Numbered from the stretch's first letter, positions 9,998 to 20,646 are shown. The stretch: DNA of 62,005 nt from Chromatiaceae bacterium (GCA_041738985.1 JBGSOR010000201.1:1-62005); one strand, 5' to 3'. Notes: a model not told the origin generated them from the sequence alone. A program made the numbers and translations.

Positions 9998-11203
9998 CTA
10001 TTCATGGCGCAATGCGTCAATAGGATCGAGCCGTGCCGCCCGTCGGGCCGGGAAGAACCCGAAAACCACCCCAACAACGGCGGAAAACAGAAAGGCGATG
10101 AGCACGATCCCGCCGTCGAAGACGAACGGGACCTTGAGCACCCCCGCAAGCCCCATGGAGGCCCCCAGGGCGAGCGCGATACCGAGCACCCCGCCCAGCG
10201 ACGAGAGGGTCACCGCCTCCACCAAGAACTGCATCAGGACCTCGCTCTCGCGCGCACCGATGGCGAGCCGGATGCCGATCTCCCGGGTGCGTTCGGTAAC
10301 CGACACCAGCATGATGTTCATAATGCCGATCCCGCCCACCAGCAGGCTCACCGCGGCGACCGCGCTCAGAAGCGTCGTGAGCACCTGGGTGGTGCCGGTG
10401 AGCATGGTGGCGACCTCTTTCATGTCCCGGACGCTGAAGTTGTCTTGCTCGGAAGGTCCGATCTTGCGGCGCTCGCGCATTAGCCGCTCGATGTCGGCCT
10501 TGGCCCGCTCGGTGGAGTTTCCGTCGCGGATGGAGGCCTGGAGCAGGGTAACGTCTTGATTGCCAGCGATCCGCCGTTGGAAGGTGCGAAGCGGCATAAC
10601 CACCAGATCGTCCTGGTCGTGTCCCATGCTGCTCTGCCCTTTGGATGCCAGGAGCCCGATCACCTCGCAGGAAATCGTCTTAAGCCGGATGCGCTCCCCG
10701 ATGGGATCATGGCCCCCGAACAGCTCTTTGCGTACCGTGGCCCCAATCACGCAGACCGCCCGGCCGGAGCGCAGGTCCCCCTCCGTGAAAACCCGCCCGC
10801 TCTCCAGGGTCCAATTGCGGACGTCGAAGAACCGGTTGTCCGTGCCGTTGATCGTTGTCGACCAATTGTTATTACCGGCGATGGCAGTGACCGCACCGCT
10901 GGCGGAGGGGGCGAGCATGCGCACGGCTGGAATATCCCGGCCGAGCGCCACCGCATCCTCCAGGCTGAATGGCTGAGCGCTCGAGCTCTGCCCTGGCCCC
11001 ATATGCTGGCCCATGCGAATCATGAGCAGATTGCTGCCCAGGCTCTCGATCTGGGTGGCGACTGCCCGGGTTGCCCCGTTGCCCAGTGTCACCATGACAA
11101 TCACCGCCGCCACCCCGATCACCACCCCCAAGATGGTGAGGATGGAGCGCAGGACGTTGCGGCGAATCTCCCGCAGGGCGAGCAGCAGCGCGTTCCAGAT
11201 CAT
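9998..11203 (-). CDS. ABC transporter permease, MacB/FtsX family
   Basis: RSILTILGVVIGVAAV, GGIGIMNIMLVSVTERTREIGIR, PARRAARLDPIDALR. Confidence 0.93.
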   Translation of the reverse strand: MIWNALLLALREIRRNVLRSILTILGVVIGVAAVIVMVTLGNGATRAVATQIESLGSNLLMIRMGQHMGPGQSSSAQPFSLEDAVALGRDIPAVRMLAPSASGAVTAIAGNNNWSTTINGTDNRFFDVRNWTLESGRVFTEGDLRSGRAVCVIGATVRKELFGGHDPIGERIRLKTISCEVIGLLASKGQSSMGHDQDDLVVMPLRTFQRRIAGNQDVTLLQASIRDGNSTERAKADIERLMRERRKIGPSEQDNFSVRDMKEVATMLTGTTQVLTTLLSAVAAVSLLVGGIGIMNIMLVSVTERTREIGIRLAIGARESEVLMQFLVEAVTLSSLGGVLGIALALGASMGLAGVLKVPFVFDGGIVLIAFLFSAVVGVVFGFFPARRAARLDPIDALRHE

Positions 11204-11225
11204 TCGGTGGCCTGTTATCCAATAG

Positions 11226-11368
11226 AAACGCGAAAAACGCGAAGGAAGGTCCTTGGCATGCGAGCCTGCTCGGCGAGGCCGGTCGGCAATGCCGCGCACC
11301 CACTGGGTGCGCCTGCGGGCGAGCACCCCCATTCCCGATTATTCGCGTTCGTTCGCGTTCGTTCGCGG
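11226..11368. repeat. Inverted short tandem repeats flanking a hairpin inside the ABC operon
   Basis: ACGCGAAAAACGCGAA (about 11228-11243) versus TTCGCGTTCGTTCGCGTTCGTTCGCG (11342-11367); internal palindrome GCGCACCCA-C-TGGGTGCGC. Confidence 0.55.
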
Positions 11369-12112
11369 AGAAATCCTCTTCGTCCCGCCATGGACAATCC
11401 CAGTGTCGTCGGCCACGGAACCATCGCGGAAATGCACGATCCGGTGCGCGTAGGCGGCCATCTCGGCCTCGTGGGTAACCATGAGCACCGTGATGCCGCG
11501 GTCCCGATTGAGTCTCGTCAGGAGCTCCATGATCTCGTGGCTGCGGGCGGAGTCGAGATTTCCCGTCGGCTCGTCTGCAAGCAGCAGGCTGGGCTCCGTG
11601 ACGATGGCCCGGGCGATAGCGACCCGCTGCTGTTGGCCCCCGGAGAGCTCGCCCGGGGTGTGGCTCTCCCAGCCGGCGAGCCCCACCAGGTCCAGGGCCG
11701 CCCGCGCCCGGGCATGCCGGTCCGCCCGCGGGGCGCGCCGATAGATCAGGGGCAGCTCCACGTTCTCCAAGGCCGAGGTCCGATTCAGAAGATTGAACCC
11801 CTGGAACACGAAACCGAGGTAATTTCGACGCAGGAGCGCTCGTTGGTCACGGGTCAGGGTCTCCACTGGTACCCCGCGAAACAGATAGGAGCCGGAGGTG
11901 GGGGTATCCAGGCAGCCTAGGATGTTCATGGCCGTGGATTTCCCAGAGCCGCTCGGTCCCATGACCGCCACAAACGCGCCCTCTGAGATACGCAGATCCA
12001 CCCCGTCCAGGGCGCGCATCGCGGCCGTGCCGGTGCCGTAGACCTTGCTGACCCCGCGCAGCTCCAGTAGCGGCGGCGCAGGGGACAGGTCGCTTGCCGG
12101 GACTTCAAACAT
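11339..12112 (-). CDS. ABC transporter ATP-binding protein, MacB/LolD family
   Basis: [38 protein letters not shown]. Confidence 0.94.
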   Translation of the reverse strand: MFEVPASDLSPAPPLLELRGVSKVYGTGTAAMRALDGVDLRISEGAFVAVMGPSGSGKSTAMNILGCLDTPTSGSYLFRGVPVETLTRDQRALLRRNYLGFVFQGFNLLNRTSALENVELPLIYRRAPRADRHARARAALDLVGLAGWESHTPGELSGGQQQRVAIARAIVTEPSLLLADEPTGNLDSARSHEIMELLTRLNRDRGITVLMVTHEAEMAAYAHRIVHFRDGSVADDTGIVHGGTKRISPRTNANERE

Positions 12113-12127
12113 GGGACCTGAATGCAA

Positions 12128-13423
12128 TCATGGCTTTTTCCCCGGCCGATCCATGTCCACCAGGACCTCGGCGCCGGGTTCCAGGGTCCCGTCCAGCGCC
12201 TCGGTCAGGGTGCCGTCCGTGGCCCCGGTCTTGACCTCGATCATCACCGGCGCGCCGTCCGTCAGTGTCCAGACCCGCGCACCCTTGCCGTTGCGGGCGC
12301 TTCCCTCCGGGGTGCGCTTGGTCGATGGGGGACGCCCGGGCAGGAGCACGCCCACCAGTCCGCGGCCCTCCCCCTTGACCTCTTGGGACCGCGGCGGGGT
12401 GAAGCGCAGGGCGGCGTTGGGGACCAGAACCGCGTCTTGAAGCTCCCGCACTACGATCTCGGCTGTGGCCGTCATACCGGGGCGTAGCGACAGATCCGCA
12501 TTGTCCAGGGTGAGGAGCGCTGCATAGGTCACCACCCCGTTGACCGTTTCCGGGGCGTAGCGCACCTGCGTCAGCTTCGCTGGAAAGGTGCGGCTCGGAT
12601 AGGCATCGACGGTGAATGTGGCCGCCTGTCCCTGGGCGACCTGACCCACGTCCGCTTCGTCTACCGCCACATTGAGCTCCATCTGGGTTAGATCCTCCGC
12701 CAGGGTGAAGAGCACCGGGGTCTGGAGGGAAGCCGCTACGGTCTGACCCGGCTCCACCTGGCGGCGCAGCACGGTCCCGTCGATCGGTGAGCGGATCTCC
12801 GTCTTTTCCAGCGTTCGCCGGTCCGAGTCGAGCTGGGCCTGGGCCTGCTCCACCTTGGCCTTGGCGACCGCGAGCGCCGCGACGGCCCGCTCCGCCGCCG
12901 CCGAGGCCGTATCCAGCTCTTCCGGCGAGGACAGGCGCTTGGCGATGAGATCCCGGGTGCGCCGCAGCTTGTTGGCGGTCTCCGTGACCGTGGCCTGGGC
13001 CTCCACGACGCCGGCTTGGGCCAGGGTCAGGGCGGCCTGGGACTGGCGCACCTTGGCCTGGGGCTGATCCGGGTCAAGGCGTGCCAGAATCTGTCCGGCC
13101 TTGACCCGGTCGTTGTAGTCCACCTCGACGGTGTCGATAGTCCCCGAGACCTCGGTCCCCACCTCCACCTGGGTCAAAGGCTCCAGGGACCCGGTGGCGG
13201 TGACCTTGACCGTGAGGTCGCCCCGGGCGACCTCCGCGGTCTTGAACCGGACCTGGTTGGAGGAATCCGCCTGCCGCAGGAGAAAGAACCCGCCAGCGGC
13301 CAGGGCAGCGGCGAGAACGAGCGCAAGAATCCAGGGCACGGCGCGCCGATGGCGCGGCTCGTTCCCGTCGAGCCCGATACTGCGGGCGACCTCAAGGGCT
13401 GGGACGGGGGGCTCGGCGATCAT
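12128..13423 (-). CDS. Periplasmic adaptor (membrane fusion protein), MacA-like
   Basis: N-terminal TM, VEVGTEVSG, IRSPIDGTV, GQTVAASLQTPVLF, VDEADVG, LRPGMTA. Confidence 0.92.
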   Translation of the reverse strand: MIAEPPVPALEVARSIGLDGNEPRHRRAVPWILALVLAAALAAGGFFLLRQADSSNQVRFKTAEVARGDLTVKVTATGSLEPLTQVEVGTEVSGTIDTVEVDYNDRVKAGQILARLDPDQPQAKVRQSQAALTLAQAGVVEAQATVTETANKLRRTRDLIAKRLSSPEELDTASAAAERAVAALAVAKAKVEQAQAQLDSDRRTLEKTEIRSPIDGTVLRRQVEPGQTVAASLQTPVLFTLAEDLTQMELNVAVDEADVGQVAQGQAATFTVDAYPSRTFPAKLTQVRYAPETVNGVVTYAALLTLDNADLSLRPGMTATAEIVVRELQDAVLVPNAALRFTPPRSQEVKGEGRGLVGVLLPGRPPSTKRTPEGSARNGKGARVWTLTDGAPVMIEVKTGATDGTLTEALDGTLEPGAEVLVDMDRPGKKP

Positions 13424-13612
13424 GGCAGCGGGGTCTCGGGGAGGTTAGATGTCGAATGGGCTGCGGCGAGTCGACACGCAGCCCATCCTGCGATGGGCGC
13501 GCGCAAGCAGAGCGCAGCGATCGCGAAAAGATCGGGGAAGCCGCCCCGACTCCCGCCGAATCCGGCCCAACGGGCTCCACGCCATCGCGCACCATGGTGT
13601 ATGTTGCCCCCC

Positions 13613-14938
13613 ATGAGCGACGAATTCACCCAATTCCTGCTCCCGGAAGCGCTGATGCGCGGCCTGGAGCGCGCGGGCTTCGAGACCCCTACACCGGTCC
13701 AGGCCCAAGTCATTCCCTTGGCGCTGGACGGGCTGGACCTGTTGGTCTGCGCCGCAACTGGCTCGGGCAAGACCGCCGCGTTCCTCCTGCCCATCATGCA
13801 GCGACTTCTGGACGTCCGCGGCTCGCAAGGGTCCACCCGCGCCCTGATCCTGGTCCCAACCCGGGAGCTGGCGCGCCAGGTGTATATCCACGGGGCGCGC
13901 CTGGGGAGCTACACCCGCCTCACCGCCGCCGTCGTTACCGGGGGCGAGCGTTACGACCGCCAGATCGCCGCCCTGCGCAAGAACCCGGACATCCTGGTGG
14001 CGACCCCAGGCCGGCTCCTGGAGCACATCGAGCGAGGCGAGGCGGACCTGAGCGGTCTGGAGATCCTGGTCCTGGACGAGGCCGACCGCATGCTGGACAT
14101 GGGCTTCGGGCCGGACGTGCTGACCATCGTCGGTCACTGCAACCCCGACCGCCAGTCCCTGCTCTTCTCGGCGACGCTCCACCACCGGGGGCTCAAGGAG
14201 ATCACGGACCGGTTCCTCAAGGACCCGCGGCCGATTGGCGTGGATCCGATCCGCGAGCAGCACCCGGACATCGTCCACCAGCGCATCCTGAGCGACGACC
14301 TGGCCCAGAAGGAGCAGCAGATCCTGTGGCTGCTCCGCAACGAGCCCTTCGAGAAGGCTCTGGTCTTCGTCAACACCCGGGAGAGGGCGGGAACCCTGGG
14401 CAACTTCCTGATTGGGCACGGGGTGCGCACCGGCGTGCTGCATGGGGAGCTGGATCAGCGGGAGCGCAATCGCATCATGGGGCTTTTCCATGCCGGGCGT
14501 ATCGGCGTTCTGGTCGCCACCGATCTGGCCGCTCGGGGGCTCGACATCCCCGGGGTCCAGCTCGTCGTCAATTTCGAGCCCCCGCGCCGCGGAGACGACT
14601 ACCTGCATCGCACTGGGCGCACTGGCCGGGCGGGCGAAAAGGGGCGCGCCGTCGCGTTGGTGGGTGCCCCGGACTGGAACCGGATGGAGAGCATCGAGCG
14701 TTATCTCCGGTTGGAGCTCGAGGCCCGCTCCGTCCCGGGCATCAAGACCCGCTTCGAGGGGCCGACCAAACGTCGGGGCGGGCATAAGCCAGGCGACCGC
14801 CAGGTTAAGCCCAAGGCCGATGCCCCCCGCCTCAAGGAGCGGGAGCGGGACCGCAAGAACATCGGCAAGCGGCGCCAACCATCGGCCGATTCCGCCAAGG
14901 ACGCTGGCTTCTCTCCCCTGAAACGTAAGGGGGCCTGA
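13613..14938 (+). CDS. DEAD-box RNA helicase
   Basis: Q motif PTPVQ, ATGSGKT, PTRELA, TPGRL, DEAD, SAT, ARGLD, HRTGRTGRAG; basic tail. Confidence 0.95.
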   Translation: MSDEFTQFLLPEALMRGLERAGFETPTPVQAQVIPLALDGLDLLVCAATGSGKTAAFLLPIMQRLLDVRGSQGSTRALILVPTRELARQVYIHGARLGSYTRLTAAVVTGGERYDRQIAALRKNPDILVATPGRLLEHIERGEADLSGLEILVLDEADRMLDMGFGPDVLTIVGHCNPDRQSLLFSATLHHRGLKEITDRFLKDPRPIGVDPIREQHPDIVHQRILSDDLAQKEQQILWLLRNEPFEKALVFVNTRERAGTLGNFLIGHGVRTGVLHGELDQRERNRIMGLFHAGRIGVLVATDLAARGLDIPGVQLVVNFEPPRRGDDYLHRTGRTGRAGEKGRAVALVGAPDWNRMESIERYLRLELEARSVPGIKTRFEGPTKRRGGHKPGDRQVKPKADAPRLKERERDRKNIGKRRQPSADSAKDAGFSPLKRKGA

Positions 14939-15023
14939 GCCGCAGGCGGGCGGAGCTCGGCACCGTCTGGTCCCGTCTCCGCCGACTCGAAGGCCAGTGC
15001 GTCCCGCCTGAGATCGTCCTAGC

Positions 15024-15548
15024 ATGAGCGCCATCCCGAGCAGCTATCTGGGTATTATCGAGCCGCTGATCGACACCGCCCGCGGGATCATGGAGCGGGG
15101 CGAGAGCCTTGTCCCCTTCGCCTTCGTCGGCAACCTTACGACTCGGGAGACCTACGCGGTCATGCTGGACACCGGGAGCGACGCCAGAAAAGACCGATCC
15201 GCCGAGACGATCCGCCAGCTCGCGCACGGCCATCAGGCGGACTTCGTCTTCGTTATCATGGACGCCTGGTCCCTGCCTCCGGACAAGATGTCGAAGGTGA
15301 ACGAGATCTTGGAGCGTTACGGCTCTATCGGCGCCTCGCCCTACCGGGTCGACGTGGTCGCCTTTTCCCTGGAGACCCGATACGGGATCTGGGTCGCCCA
15401 GGTGCCCGTCCAATCCAAGGCCGGAGCGAAGAACGCGCGCACCTTCGCCGACCCCGCCTTCCAGCACTTCGCCGAGGCCCAGGGGCGATTCGTGGATTTG
15501 TTGCCGGTCAAGGACGAAGAGGGTGGGTCGAGCGGGACGCTGCACTGA
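15024..15548 (+). CDS. Hypothetical protein
   Basis: 174-aa ORF with host-like codon usage filling the gap between helicase and queE. Confidence 0.7.
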   Translation: MSAIPSSYLGIIEPLIDTARGIMERGESLVPFAFVGNLTTRETYAVMLDTGSDARKDRSAETIRQLAHGHQADFVFVIMDAWSLPPDKMSKVNEILERYGSIGASPYRVDVVAFSLETRYGIWVAQVPVQSKAGAKNARTFADPAFQHFAEAQGRFVDLLPVKDEEGGSSGTLH

Positions 15549-15581
15549 CCGACCGACCTTGCGTGTGAAAGGCGCAACGCG

Positions 15582-16223
15582 TCAGGGTATCCCCAATAGC
15601 TTGTGCGTCTGAATGCTCAACCGCCACTGCGGATGGGCCTTGCAGTAGTCGATGGCCCGCTTGGTGTTGGCGGCCAGCTCGGGCCCGTCCATTGGCTGCA
15701 AATAGAACCGGCCGAAGTCTAGGGTCTCGAAGCGCTCGGGCGGCGCCTCGGGCTGCGGGTAGACGAGCTTGAGCTCGTGACCGCGGGTCAGCACGATCTG
15801 CGCACCGGCCTTGGGGCTGACGCAAATCCAGTCGATGCCGGGTTGCGCAGGGCGGGTGCCGTTGGTTTCGACAGCGATCTCGAGCCCGCGGGCATGGAGG
15901 GCGGCGATCAGGGGGGCGTCCAGTTGGAGCAGCGGCTCGCCGCCGGTGCAGACCACGAAGGGCCGGGTAGCCGGGCCGCAGTCTCCGGACCAGGCGTCGC
16001 GGATACGCTCGGCGAGCGACTCGGGATCCGGGTACTTGCCTCCGCGCTCGCCGTCGGTGCCCCGGAAGTCGGTGTCGCAGAAGGTGCAGACGGCCCCGGC
16101 GCGGTCTTGCTCGCGGCCGGTCCAGAGGTTACAGCCGGCAAAGCGGCAGAAGACGGCGGGCCTGCCGGTGTGGGTGCCCTCGCCTTGGAGCGTATAGAAG
16201 ATCTCTTTGACGCTATAGGTCAT
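15582..16223 (-). CDS. queE: 7-carboxy-7-deazaguanine synthase (CX14CX2C variant)
   Basis: KEIFYTLQGEG, RFAGCNLW...CTFCDTDF, TGGEPLLQ, ETNG, VSPK, WRLSIQTHK; que operon context. Confidence 0.95.
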   Translation of the reverse strand: MTYSVKEIFYTLQGEGTHTGRPAVFCRFAGCNLWTGREQDRAGAVCTFCDTDFRGTDGERGGKYPDPESLAERIRDAWSGDCGPATRPFVVCTGGEPLLQLDAPLIAALHARGLEIAVETNGTRPAQPGIDWICVSPKAGAQIVLTRGHELKLVYPQPEAPPERFETLDFGRFYLQPMDGPELAANTKRAIDYCKAHPQWRLSIQTHKLLGIP

Positions 16224-16230
16224 AAGGGCG

Positions 16231-17331
16231 TCACGTGGGCAGGGCCGGGCCCAGCTCGCCCCAGCAGAGGACGGCACCGCAGCCGGGGGTCTCGTAGAGG
16301 TCGATGCGGTCGAGGGCGGGAAGGGACCCGAGGACGGACTCGCGGATCCAGAGCGCCAGGCTCGCGGGGTCGGCGTCGCGCAGCCCCGGCAGGGCGTCGA
16401 GCCGATGGTGGTCGAGCTGACGGTAGACGGGGTCGAACAGGGTCTTGATGTCCCCGTAATCGAGCGTCCAGCCCAGCACCTGGTCCAGGGGGGCGGTGAG
16501 GTGCAGCCGCAGCTGGTAGCTGTGTCCGTGCAGGCGGCGGCGAGGGTCCCCCTCGGGTGCCTGCAGGAGCCGGAGTGCGCCCTCGAAGCGCTGCTCCTTC
16601 CAGATGCGGTAATGGGTGCCGTCGTGGTGGCATCCGGCAGTGGCGGTCTCGTAGACGGTGATCCAGGACAGCCTGGGCAGCGCCGGGCGCAGGCGCTGCC
16701 AGAGCCAGCTAGCGAGCCGCTCGCTGGTGGGGTTATCGAGGCCCGGGATGTCGTTCAGGCAGGCATGATGGAGCTCTGCCTGGAGCGGGGCCCAGACCGC
16801 CTCGAGCTGGTCGAAGTCGACACCCATGTCCTGCCCGGCCAGGTCCTGATCGGCGTGGAGGATGACCTCGAACCCGTGCCCGTGCATCCGTCCGCACTGG
16901 TGGCCCTCGGGGACCCGGGGGAGTCGGTGGGCGGCCTCGAAGCGAAAGCGGCGCCAGACGTGGCAATGATCGGCGCCGTCCAGGTCCGCACCCTGATGGC
17001 GGGTGCTGCGGATGCCGACGGTCTCGATCCCCGGCACCTCGGGGGTCAGGCAGTCGCGCAGCCAGCGGGCCAGGTTTTCGTCCGTGGGGACGGGCAGGTG
17101 GGCGTTCAGATCCGCATAGTCGAGGGCTGCGACGCGATCGCTCAAGGCGCGCGCCAGCGCACCGGTCTCGGCCCCTGGGAATCCGCCCCAGCCCGGAGGG
17201 AGGGCAGCGCGGACTCGGGCGACATAGCTGTGTCCGTGCGGCTGCCGGGAACGGTGGCCCACCGGGAGGATAGGCACCCGGCAGGCGGCCTCGAAGGGGG
17301 CCGCCGCCACGCGATAGATCCGCTCTGTCAC
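16231..17331 (-). CDS. queD: 6-carboxytetrahydropterin synthase with three tandem PTPS domains
   Basis: [41 protein letters not shown]; GTG start overlaps queC stop. Confidence 0.88.
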   Translation of the reverse strand: MTERIYRVAAAPFEAACRVPILPVGHRSRQPHGHSYVARVRAALPPGWGGFPGAETGALARALSDRVAALDYADLNAHLPVPTDENLARWLRDCLTPEVPGIETVGIRSTRHQGADLDGADHCHVWRRFRFEAAHRLPRVPEGHQCGRMHGHGFEVILHADQDLAGQDMGVDFDQLEAVWAPLQAELHHACLNDIPGLDNPTSERLASWLWQRLRPALPRLSWITVYETATAGCHHDGTHYRIWKEQRFEGALRLLQAPEGDPRRRLHGHSYQLRLHLTAPLDQVLGWTLDYGDIKTLFDPVYRQLDHHRLDALPGLRDADPASLALWIRESVLGSLPALDRIDLYETPGCGAVLCWGELGPALPT

Positions 17332-18026
17332 CGCGCGATTCCGAAACGCGCCAGCAGGGGGTCCTTGAGTCCAGCCTCGTCGAACCCCTTGGCGCGCAGC
17401 AGACAGGAGTCGCACTCGCCGCAGGGCCGGCCGTCCTGCCCGGGGTCATAGCAGCTGCAGGTGAGCCCGTAGTCGACACCCAGGTCGGTCCCGCGTCGGA
17501 CGATCTCGGCCTTGCTAAGCCAGATGAGCGGGGTGTGGATCTTAATCCGCAGCCGCCCCTCCACGCAGGCGGCAACGGCCAGGTTGGCCATGCGCTCGTA
17601 GGCGGCTATGTAGTCGGGGCGGCAGTCCGGGTAGCCCGAATAATCCAGGGCGTTGACGCCGATGAAGATGTCGCCGGCCCCCAGGACCTCCGCCCAGGCG
17701 AGCGCAAAGGACAGAAAGACGGTATTGCGGGCGGGGACATAGGTGATCGGGATGCCCTGGCCCATGGACTCCAGGCTGCGGGATTTGGGTACTGCGATGT
17801 CCGCGGTGAGCGCGGAGCCACCGAAGCGCCTCAGATCGATCTCGGCGATGACGTGCTCCACGGCGCCCAGGGACTGCGCGACCCGGGCGGCGGCCTCCAG
17901 CTCCACCTGGTGTCGCTGGCCGTACCGGAAAGACAAGGCATAGGGGGTGTATCCCTCGGCCTTTGCGATGGCGAGGGCTGTGCTGGAATCCAACCCGCCG
18001 CTCAGGAGTACGACTGCCTTTTTCAT
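17328..18026 (-). CDS. queC: 7-cyano-7-deazaguanine synthase
   Basis: [37 protein letters not shown]. Confidence 0.97.
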   Translation of the reverse strand: MKKAVVLLSGGLDSSTALAIAKAEGYTPYALSFRYGQRHQVELEAAARVAQSLGAVEHVIAEIDLRRFGGSALTADIAVPKSRSLESMGQGIPITYVPARNTVFLSFALAWAEVLGAGDIFIGVNALDYSGYPDCRPDYIAAYERMANLAVAACVEGRLRIKIHTPLIWLSKAEIVRRGTDLGVDYGLTCSCYDPGQDGRPCGECDSCLLRAKGFDEAGLKDPLLARFGIAR

Positions 18027-18089
18027 GGCTTCGGCCCTTGTGTTTTGAACGGGACCTGGATCGCCTGTGCTGGCAGCCAGGGTCTCGGG

Positions 18090-19850
18090 TCAGACCGCCT
18101 GGGCATGGCACAACGGATCGCGCTCGCGCCGACCGGCGCTCGGCCCGGTTTCGATCTCGGCCTCCGGAAGGGCGGCCGCGCTGCGCATGGATTCGTCCGT
18201 ATAGGGCGCGACCGCATCGTGTGCCTTCCGCTTGACCCGCTTGTAGAGTCCCCAGACCTTCCATGCATAGGCGATGAATCGGGTATAGGTGGACGCGGCC
18301 TCCCAGACCCGCCGCGGATAGAACACCCAGGGCGACTCGATGGCGAATCCGGGCCTGCGCTCCGTGCGGACCTTCCGCCGCAAGAACCCTCCCTGAAGAG
18401 GGTGAACCCCTTCGAACTTGAAACACCCATAGAACTCGAGTGCGATCTCCATGATCCGCTTGGGGTTACGGTCGAAGGCGGCCGCGCGGCGCATCAGGGT
18501 CTCCAGGTGGGCGTCGCTGTAGTAGAGGTCCCAGGCCTCCCGATAGATCCCCTGCCATTGCGCCTTGCTCATGCGCGGGTGAGTGGTGCAGACATGCTCC
18601 AGGTCGTAGATGTTCATGTCGGGATCCATGGGGACACCCTGTTCGAGCAGCGCCTTGTGATCGGCTGAGCCGGGCAGGGGGGTAAGGCAGAAAAACTCTA
18701 GGATATCCAGGGGCAGCTCGCGCTTGATGGTCTCGATGTCGGCGCGGATGCGCTCCGGGGTGTCGTCCGGGAAACCCAGGATATAGCCGCAATAGGTGGT
18801 CACGCGCTTGCGCTGCCAGGCCAGCAGCATGTCCCGATAGTTGGCGATCTTGTTCTGCTTCTTGTTGGCGGACTTGAGGTTGTCCGGGTTGACATTCTCC
18901 AGCCCCAGAAAGACGCGTGAGACCCCGGCCGCCCGTGCCTTGTCCACGAAGCTCGGCAGGGTGTGACACATGGTGTCCACCTGGATGGTGAAGTTGAATT
19001 TGACCCCGAGCTCTTTCCTGACCGCGATGATGCGGTCGAAGATGGCCTCCCAGTTGCGGTTGCGCGCGAAATTGTCGTCCGTAATGAAATAATGGCGGAT
19101 GCCGTGGGCCAGGTTGGTGCGCAGCAGTCGCTCGATGTCGTCCGGGTGGCGGAACCGAGATTTGCGGCCCTGGACGTTGATGATGGTGCAGAAGCTGCAC
19201 AGGAACGGGCAGCCGCGGCCCGCGTCAAAGGTCCCCGGCATGGGGGCATAGCGGCGCGAGACCTCGGGGGGGAGGTACGGCATGCCTTGGTAGGCGAGCT
19301 CGGGCAGGTCGTCCATGAAGTTGTAGAGGGGCTCGAGCCGGCGTTCCCGGGCCGCCCGTAGAAAGTCCCCGAAGCGGCCCTCCGACTCCCCGGCGAATAG
19401 GGCGATACCGAGGTCCAGGGCCTCCTGCAGGTCCGGCGGCAGCCGGGGGAGCATCGCCAGGCAGCCGCTCACATGGAATCCCCCGATGGCGACCTGGACG
19501 TCGGCGGCTCGAAATCGCCGGGCCAGGTCCATGGCCCGCGGGAACTGGTTGGACTGGACGCCGACGAGGCACACCAGTCCATGGCCGCCATCGCTTCGGA
19601 TGCGCCGGACGATTCGGTCCACGGGGATGACCGTATTGGTCTCGTCGTAGGCACGCACCCGGATCTCCACGTCCGAACCCAAGGCCCGAGCCTGCTGGGC
19701 CTGCCGGGTAAGCCCGTAGAGCGAAGCTAACGAGTTTGATGGGATCCATGCCTTCATCCACTGGATCACGTAGCCGTCGTCGTCGTAGTGGGACGGCTTG
19801 ATCAGCTCCACGTGAAAGGGTGTGCGGGTCTGGGTCGGGGCAGGGGGCAT
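18090..19850 (-). CDS. B12-binding-domain radical SAM protein
   Basis: N-terminal cobalamin-binding-like region (GGFHVSG, AGESEG); RGCPFLCSFC; FITDDNF; GLEN; TPLPGS. Confidence 0.85.
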   Translation of the reverse strand: MPPAPTQTRTPFHVELIKPSHYDDDGYVIQWMKAWIPSNSLASLYGLTRQAQQARALGSDVEIRVRAYDETNTVIPVDRIVRRIRSDGGHGLVCLVGVQSNQFPRAMDLARRFRAADVQVAIGGFHVSGCLAMLPRLPPDLQEALDLGIALFAGESEGRFGDFLRAARERRLEPLYNFMDDLPELAYQGMPYLPPEVSRRYAPMPGTFDAGRGCPFLCSFCTIINVQGRKSRFRHPDDIERLLRTNLAHGIRHYFITDDNFARNRNWEAIFDRIIAVRKELGVKFNFTIQVDTMCHTLPSFVDKARAAGVSRVFLGLENVNPDNLKSANKKQNKIANYRDMLLAWQRKRVTTYCGYILGFPDDTPERIRADIETIKRELPLDILEFFCLTPLPGSADHKALLEQGVPMDPDMNIYDLEHVCTTHPRMSKAQWQGIYREAWDLYYSDAHLETLMRRAAAFDRNPKRIMEIALEFYGCFKFEGVHPLQGGFLRRKVRTERRPGFAIESPWVFYPRRVWEAASTYTRFIAYAWKVWGLYKRVKRKAHDAVAPYTDESMRSAAALPEAEIETGPSAGRRERDPLCHAQAV

Positions 19851-19928
19851 GCTGTCGCTCCAGTTGCTTGGCGCGGCGTAGGCCGGCATGACCGCATCAG
19901 GTTATCGGAAACGCCGTCGCGGGTCCGC

Positions 19929-19957
19929 AAACGAAAAGCCCGCCGAGCGGCGGGCTT
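19929..19957 (-). terminator. Rho-independent terminator after SCP2 gene
   Basis: Minus strand AAGCCCGCCG-CT-CGGCGGGCTT followed by TTCGTTT. Confidence 0.75.
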
Positions 19958-19977
19958 GAAAGCGGCGTCGCAGGCGG

Positions 19978-20397
19978 TCAGGCGAGCTCGTCCGCGCCGA
20001 TGAACTGTATCAGTCCGAACGTCTTGACGAAGGGGCCCGCCATCCGCGGATCTTTGACCATGGCGGTGTAGTCGCCGACCTTGAACTTGAGCTTGCCGGT
20101 CGCGTACGCGATGCCCAAGCCGGCCATGCCGATACCCTTCTCCACCCACTTAAGCCAGTCTTTCATGTCCGCACGTATATCCCAGCTGGCCGCGGGGGAA
20201 TCGGGGGACCAGGATCCCGCGCTCACGCATTCGCCCTTCTCAACCACGAAAACCCCGCGTGGATTCTCCTCGTCCTTAAATCCCCAACAAATGACAGAGT
20301 TGAAACCGATCTCGGCGAGCTTGTCCCGAACCTCCGGCTCGTTGTTCCAGGCGTCTTTGAGCTCTTTCATCCAGGCGTCGGAGAAGAGATTGGCCAT
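19978..20397 (-). CDS. SCP-2 sterol/lipid transfer family protein
   Basis: LFSDAWM..WN, WDIRA..W, AYATGKLKFKVGDY; GGAGG RBS. Confidence 0.8.
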   Translation of the reverse strand: MANLFSDAWMKELKDAWNNEPEVRDKLAEIGFNSVICWGFKDEENPRGVFVVEKGECVSAGSWSPDSPAASWDIRADMKDWLKWVEKGIGMAGLGIAYATGKLKFKVGDYTAMVKDPRMAGPFVKTFGLIQFIGADELA

Positions 20398-20646
20398 GTG
20401 CGAATTCCTCCAGGTTTACGTCGAAGGGGCCGGCAGCGCGATGGTGCCAGCGGCGAAGTAGCAGCACCGGCTCGGAGGCGACCGAGCGGAGTCGGACGCG
20501 GCCGGTGTGAGCGGTACTCGCCAGTGAGGCGAATTCTACCAGGACAGTTTGAAAAGGATACGGTACAGGCCGATGGTCAAAGGGCCGACTGCTGAGGCCC
20601 CGGCCGGCTCCGGGTCTTCGCGGTGTCGGCTTGACCCGTCGCCGAG

